Source of the DNA: an archaeon
GTDB lineage: Archaea; Iainarchaeota; Iainarchaeia; Iainarchaeales; 1-14-0-10-31-34
Reading direction: 5' to 3'
Length of the DNA: 10,978 nt
NCBI GenBank assembly: GCA_043815885.1
Contig: JBDRIL010000022.1
Coordinates: forward strand, 1-10,978
The notes below the pieces were generated by a model, which saw nothing but the letters and a program-made list of their open reading frames with translations, had not been told where the DNA came from and searched no databases. Shown one piece after another: positions 6,975 to 10,978 of this stretch. Positions within the stretch are counted from its first letter, which is position 1. Every line of letters starts with the position of its first letter. The position numbers and the translations under genes were made by a program.

Positions 6975-8267
6975 ATGAAAAAGATTCTTTTATTCCTGAT
7001 ATTCGTTTTGCTGCTTTCCTTTGTTAATGCAAAAGAAAAGAGAATTGATATAGATGATTTCCAAAGGAAAGGTGATTTATTAGTTTATACAGACGGAGTA
7101 TCATTAGGTAATGATGATTCATTGGTTTTATATTACAAAGACTCCCCGAAATACTCTTTAACTGCAGAGATAGTATCAGGATTTTGGGGGGCGGATGTTA
7201 CTCTTTATTCAACAACTCATCCAGAAGCTAAACAGGAATCATGCAAGAAAACAGGAATGCTAGATATAGGGGTGGGGTACATGTTTAATATATATAGAAG
7301 TGAAGAATCATGCGGTTTTGATAAAGTCGATACTGATGCCTACAATATTTCTTATTCTTTTGGGTATTCTGCCTCATTTCTTGCAGCAGGAGATGCATTC
7401 ATAAATAAAATTGAGATTAAATCATCAGCTATAGAGGGGTTAGATGTTTCCTCAATTGGTAATGCAAAAGAAAAGAGAATTGATATAGAGAATTTCCAAA
7501 GGAAAGGCGATTTATTAATTTATACAAAAGGAGTATCTTTGGATTATGATGACTTATTGGTTTTATATTACAAGGACTCCCCGAAATACTCTTTAGCGCC
7601 ACTTACTGCAGCAGGATTTTTTGGGGGGGAGGTTACTCTATTCTCAACAACTCATCCAGAAAGCAAACAAGAATCATGCAAGAAAACAGGAATGGCAGAC
7701 ATAGGAGTGGGGTTTCTTAATTTCCATAGAAGTGAAGAATCATGCGGTTTTGATAAAGTCGATACTGATGCCTACAATATTTCTTATTCTTTTGGGTATT
7801 CTTTTACAACTGGAAATGTACTCATAAACAAAATTGAGATTAAATCATCAGCTATAGGGGATTTAGATGAGAAGCCGGTGACTATTCCTGACAACTCGGT
7901 TCCAGAGGTAAAAAATGTCAGGATTGATAAATCTAAACCATCAGTAGAAGATAATTTAGAATGTTTATATGATTATTCTGATGCAGATGACGACTATGAA
8001 GCAAAAGAGAAAACAAGTATTAGATGGTACAAGAAAGGTTTACTGCAATCAGGGTTAAAGGAAAAAATACTTGAATCAAAGTATACCGCTATAGGAGACC
8101 ACTGGTACTGTACAGTTACTCCTGTTGCAAATAAGGGAAGCACTCCAGGAAAAACCGTGAAAAGCAGTGAAGTATTGATTGAGGAAGTTAAACCCGAACC
8201 ACTTCAATTGAGTGAACTTAATGAAAGAATACTTTATTATTACAACAAAATATTTGAGGCAAAATAA
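6975..8267 (+). CDS. Secreted protein (430 aa): signal peptide, two tandem ~140-aa Cys-paired domains and an Ig-like (AIR9/A9-like) domain
   Basis: Signal peptide MKKILLFLIFVLLLSFVNA; obvious internal duplication. Region 7902-8180 has the pattern L.C.Y.Y.D.D.D.E.....S..RWY...T..GD...C.VTP....G....S..V seen in A9-type Ig repeats (by eye). Confidence 0.85.
   Translation: MKKILLFLIFVLLLSFVNAKEKRIDIDDFQRKGDLLVYTDGVSLGNDDSLVLYYKDSPKYSLTAEIVSGFWGADVTLYSTTHPEAKQESCKKTGMLDIGVGYMFNIYRSEESCGFDKVDTDAYNISYSFGYSASFLAAGDAFINKIEIKSSAIEGLDVSSIGNAKEKRIDIENFQRKGDLLIYTKGVSLDYDDLLVLYYKDSPKYSLAPLTAAGFFGGEVTLFSTTHPESKQESCKKTGMADIGVGFLNFHRSEESCGFDKVDTDAYNISYSFGYSFTTGNVLINKIEIKSSAIGDLDEKPVTIPDNSVPEVKNVRIDKSKPSVEDNLECLYDYSDADDDYEAKEKTSIRWYKKGLLQSGLKEKILESKYTAIGDHWYCTVTPVANKGSTPGKTVKSSEVLIEEVKPEPLQLSELNERILYYYNKIFEAK
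7025..7869 (+). repeat. Intragenic tandem duplication: about 7025-7446 and 7460-7869 (435-nt offset at the 5' end)
   Basis: Both units begin TAATGCAAAAGAAAAGAGAATTGATATAGA and end near ATTGAGATTAAATCATCAGCTATAG. A 77-nt block is identical (7294-7370 = 7726-7802). Confidence 0.97.
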
Positions 8268-8878
8268 TGAATAAATCAATGATGATTGCAGGAATTGTCG
8301 TTATTGCAGTAATTGCAGTAGCAATCTATTTATTTCTCCCAAAAGAGGGAGTTGAAAAAGAGCTTTCCTTTGGGGAAGGATTGAATGAAATCAATTCTAT
8401 CTGGAGCAAGAACAATATTTCTCCAGGCAGCCTGAAATATGAAGCTGATTTAGATAAAATAGATGCTTCTTCATTAAATTCACTTAAGGATGATTTAATT
8501 TCCTTTAAGTCATCACTTTCTTCTTTTTCTCAAACCAATGAAGTTCAAGCCCTGGATAACTTAATTGAAGTTGAATTAGATTTAATTGATGCATCTGTTT
8601 CAAGAAAGAAGGTTTCCTCTGGAATGGCTTTCCTTGATTCAATTGAATATGATGCAGATAAAATGTGTGAGAATTTACCTAAAGTAGAGGGCATTGTTGA
8701 AGATATTGAGGAAGGATTCACTCAAACAAATTCCTATAACGATAAATTGCTTTTATTCTCCCAAGAAAACCCCCCAGAATCAACACAGGCAGGATTACAG
8801 GAATTAAACACAAATGTAACAGAACAAAAAATAAAGGATTTGAAGGATTCATTAAGTAATCTTAAGGTGAGTTGCTGA
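8267..8878 (+). CDS. Hypothetical N-terminally membrane-anchored, acidic helical protein, 203 aa
   Basis: Hydrophobic MMIAGIVVIAVIAVAIYLFL followed by an amphipathic helical ectodomain with two Cys. TAATG stop/start overlap with the upstream gene. Confidence 0.8.
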   Translation: MNKSMMIAGIVVIAVIAVAIYLFLPKEGVEKELSFGEGLNEINSIWSKNNISPGSLKYEADLDKIDASSLNSLKDDLISFKSSLSSFSQTNEVQALDNLIEVELDLIDASVSRKKVSSGMAFLDSIEYDADKMCENLPKVEGIVEDIEEGFTQTNSYNDKLLLFSQENPPESTQAGLQELNTNVTEQKIKDLKDSLSNLKVSC

Positions 8879-8889
8879 AAGGTGAATGA

Positions 8890-10978
8890 ATGAATAAAAA
8901 AATTATTTTCACTTCTTTTACTATCTTATTTCTAATCACAATTATTAGTTCAGCTTACGCTGAAACGTTTAACTTTAATGTGGGGGGAGAAAAAACAGTC
9001 TACCAAAAAGAAGGAATTACAATAAAAGTAGAATACGATGGATCTGGGCTTGGATTTCCTACAGGAAAAAGATTTGCAGGCATTAGGGCAAAAATCATGG
9101 TTCAGGGAGAGGAAACAGAACTGGATTGTTCTAAATTGCCCTTTGTTTTTAGGGCCGAGCTTAGTCAGGGGGAAACTGCAACCTGTAATATTGAAGCAGC
9201 TTACTTAGGTGTTTTTGGGAGAGAGGATAAGGTTCTGGATTTAAAGTTGACTGCTTTGGATGAAGAATCTTCTCAGCACCCGATTTCTCTTGAAGTCAAT
9301 GTGATTCCTCATGAAGAACTCATTAAGTTATTTGCTGCCAAAGCCTTTGAAGCCGAAGTCAAGACAATTGACCATAAATCCAAGGAATTTAAGGAAATGA
9401 AGCAAGGAGACGTCAGGTTATTGGAGGAAGGATACTACGTTAAGTTGAATACACTGGAATTCAGTTACAATTATTTCTCTAAAGCGGTTTTTTCTTTTTC
9501 AAGGGATTCAAGAGGAAGCGGGGAGATCTGTAAATTCTCGTTGTCGGATTGTGATGCGTTTACAGGATGCAAGTTTGTAAATGGCTGCTCCAAGTTCCTG
9601 GAATTAGAAATAAAAGATTATTTTGTTCCAAGCGAAGGCTTTTTTCCAGCAACTGACAGGATAAGTTTCTGGCTTTACTACAAGTTTATTGGTGAACCCC
9701 CAATAGTACCAATTATTCCATTGAATGAAATGCAGAAGGAAATAGATAACAAGGCATTAAATTATTATAATTGTTTTTTAAACAAAGAGAACTGTGTTGG
9801 GATTGATAAGAAAATTGTCGATGCGTATGGAGGAGAATGTGATGCCGAGATGGAAAAAGCAAGAGGGATTGAAAAAACAATTAATGAAAATGACAATGGA
9901 ATGGAAGCTGATTTAATCAGGGCAATTATTACAATTGAAAGTAATTGGAATCCTAATGCACAAAATCCTCCTTCTTACGGAATAATGCAGGTTACAAGGC
10001 AAAACCTTCAATGCGGCCCATGGAGTAATATGATTGGAAATGATTGCAACAAACAAAGTGGCACTATATGGGATAATTACTGGTCTTATTGGACTGACGC
10101 ATCGAAAAACATTAACAGGGGAACGAAGATTTACAATGAATACGCTGAAGCAGAAATACAAAGACTGGTTTTTAATAAAGGATGCAATGATATTGAGCTC
10201 CAAAACGCAAAACAAAACTGGAGCACTGCCTTAAATCTAGGGGCTTACAATGCTGGGCCAGGATACATTAAATGTGATTCCATTCCAGAAACAGCCGGCT
10301 TGGCAGAGCCAAAAAAATATGCGGAAATGGTTCTGGCTTGGCACAGAGTGTTTGCTGAAAACTATGGAAAGAAAGGACAGGAAGGTTATTGCCAGGCAAG
10401 AGAAGAGCCTTTGCCTGATACTGGTTTTTGTCTTCATGCTGTTAAAGAGAAAGAAGGAAATAAGATTTGTGTTGGTGAAAAAGGAAAAGAAGTTAACCCA
10501 AAAGAAGAGTGTATCACTATTAAAGGCGAAGAAAAGTATCCTTGCATTGAAAAAGAAGACTTATCTAATATGCATGTTTGTGTTGAGCAGGATGGAAGGC
10601 CTTTGACTTGTTCTCCTGATGGTAAGCCTTATTTGGTTGAGGGTTTGGTTAAGGGTAAGACTATTAAGGTTAAGTTCATTAACCTTTCTTCTAAGGAGAA
10701 GCCTATTTTTATTGGTTTTAATGGGAATAAACCGTTTAAGGATGTGTCTAGGAATTTGGCTGAGTTTACTGATTCGATTTTGGATGCTGATTCCTGTGAG
10801 TTTTCTTTGTTGTCAGAGCAAAAGTATAATGGTTTTGAGAGTGGTTCTTTCGAGTTTACGATAACTGATTGGACTGGAGAAGAGTTTGAAATTTATGGTT
10901 GTCAGGATAAGGATGGCGATGGAAGTTGTCTGTATCCTACTAGTAAGACTGATGGATTGTATGTTGAGCCTTCTTATG
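8890..10978 (+). CDS. Secreted multidomain Cys-rich protein with an SLT/GH23 lytic transglycosylase domain (>=696 aa, truncated by the window end; not in the ORF track)
   Basis: Hand translation is open from ATG 8890 to the window end. GGTGA RBS at 8881-8885; signal peptide MNKKIIFTSFTILFLITIISSAYA. SLT motifs: LIRAIITIESNWNPNA (Glu codon 9937-9939), YGIMQV (GIMQ 9979-9990), DASKNINRGTKIY (10096-10134), GAYNAGPG (10240-10263), EPKKYAEMVL (10306-10335). Confidence 0.9.
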   Translation, partial: MNKKIIFTSFTILFLITIISSAYAETFNFNVGGEKTVYQKEGITIKVEYDGSGLGFPTGKRFAGIRAKIMVQGEETELDCSKLPFVFRAELSQGETATCNIEAAYLGVFGREDKVLDLKLTALDEESSQHPISLEVNVIPHEELIKLFAAKAFEAEVKTIDHKSKEFKEMKQGDVRLLEEGYYVKLNTLEFSYNYFSKAVFSFSRDSRGSGEICKFSLSDCDAFTGCKFVNGCSKFLELEIKDYFVPSEGFFPATDRISFWLYYKFIGEPPIVPIIPLNEMQKEIDNKALNYYNCFLNKENCVGIDKKIVDAYGGECDAEMEKARGIEKTINENDNGMEADLIRAIITIESNWNPNAQNPPSYGIMQVTRQNLQCGPWSNMIGNDCNKQSGTIWDNYWSYWTDASKNINRGTKIYNEYAEAEIQRLVFNKGCNDIELQNAKQNWSTALNLGAYNAGPGYIKCDSIPETAGLAEPKKYAEMVLAWHRVFAENYGKKGQEGYCQAREEPLPDTGFCLHAVKEKEGNKICVGEKGKEVNPKEECITIKGEEKYPCIEKEDLSNMHVCVEQDGRPLTCSPDGKPYLVEGLVKGKTIKVKFINLSSKEKPIFIGFNGNKPFKDVSRNLAEFTDSILDADSCEFSLLSEQKYNGFESGSFEFTITDWTGEEFEIYGCQDKDGDGSCLYPTSKTDGLYVEPSY

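Noticed and set aside
7025..7869. Diversity-generating retroelement TR/VR pair as the cause of the duplication
   Set aside because: Mismatches are not adenine-specific (for example GCA/CCA, TGG/TTT, GGT/GGC) and include indels. Both copies are in-frame coding, and no reverse transcriptase is in the window.
315..8279. Remaining short ORFs (60-106 aa) nested in or antisense to the major genes
   Set aside because: They overlap well-supported CDSs almost entirely, are mostly F/S/L-rich shadow translations, and have no motifs or RBS.
9913..10864. ORF-track entries 9913-10215(-), 10034-10234(+), 10237-10437(-), 10250-10606(+) and 10619-10864(+)
   Set aside because: All are alternate-frame or antisense shadows of the long frame starting at 8890, which carries the signal peptide, RBS and SLT motifs.

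Overview
AT-rich, tightly packed archaeal chromosome segment. The archaeal call rests on BRE-TATA promoters, GGTGA-type ribosome-binding sites, an archaeal DRG/TGS GTPase and an XPD/Rad3 helicase; a DPANN-like lineage is only my inference. Left to right: two membrane-anchored surface proteins, the GTPase (-), a DUF4258 toxin plus zinc-finger/AbrB antitoxin pair, an Fe-S XPD helicase (+), a thioredoxin reductase-like flavoprotein (-), and a divergent three-gene operon of exported proteins. The toxin-antitoxin pair sits between two exact 21-bp direct repeats that copy the GTPase promoter. The last gene of the operon (8890 to past the window end) is missing from the supplied ORF track. Hand translation gives a >=696-aa secreted, Cys-rich protein containing a complete SLT/GH23 lytic transglycosylase motif set, i.e. 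a likely peptidoglycan-cleaving enzyme in an organism that should lack peptidoglycan. The first gene of the operon has two near-identical domains that differ mainly in three hydrophobic variable patches, plus an Ig-like domain. The operon is the best candidate for an undescribed system: a possible archaeal bacterium-recognition and wall-breaching apparatus.
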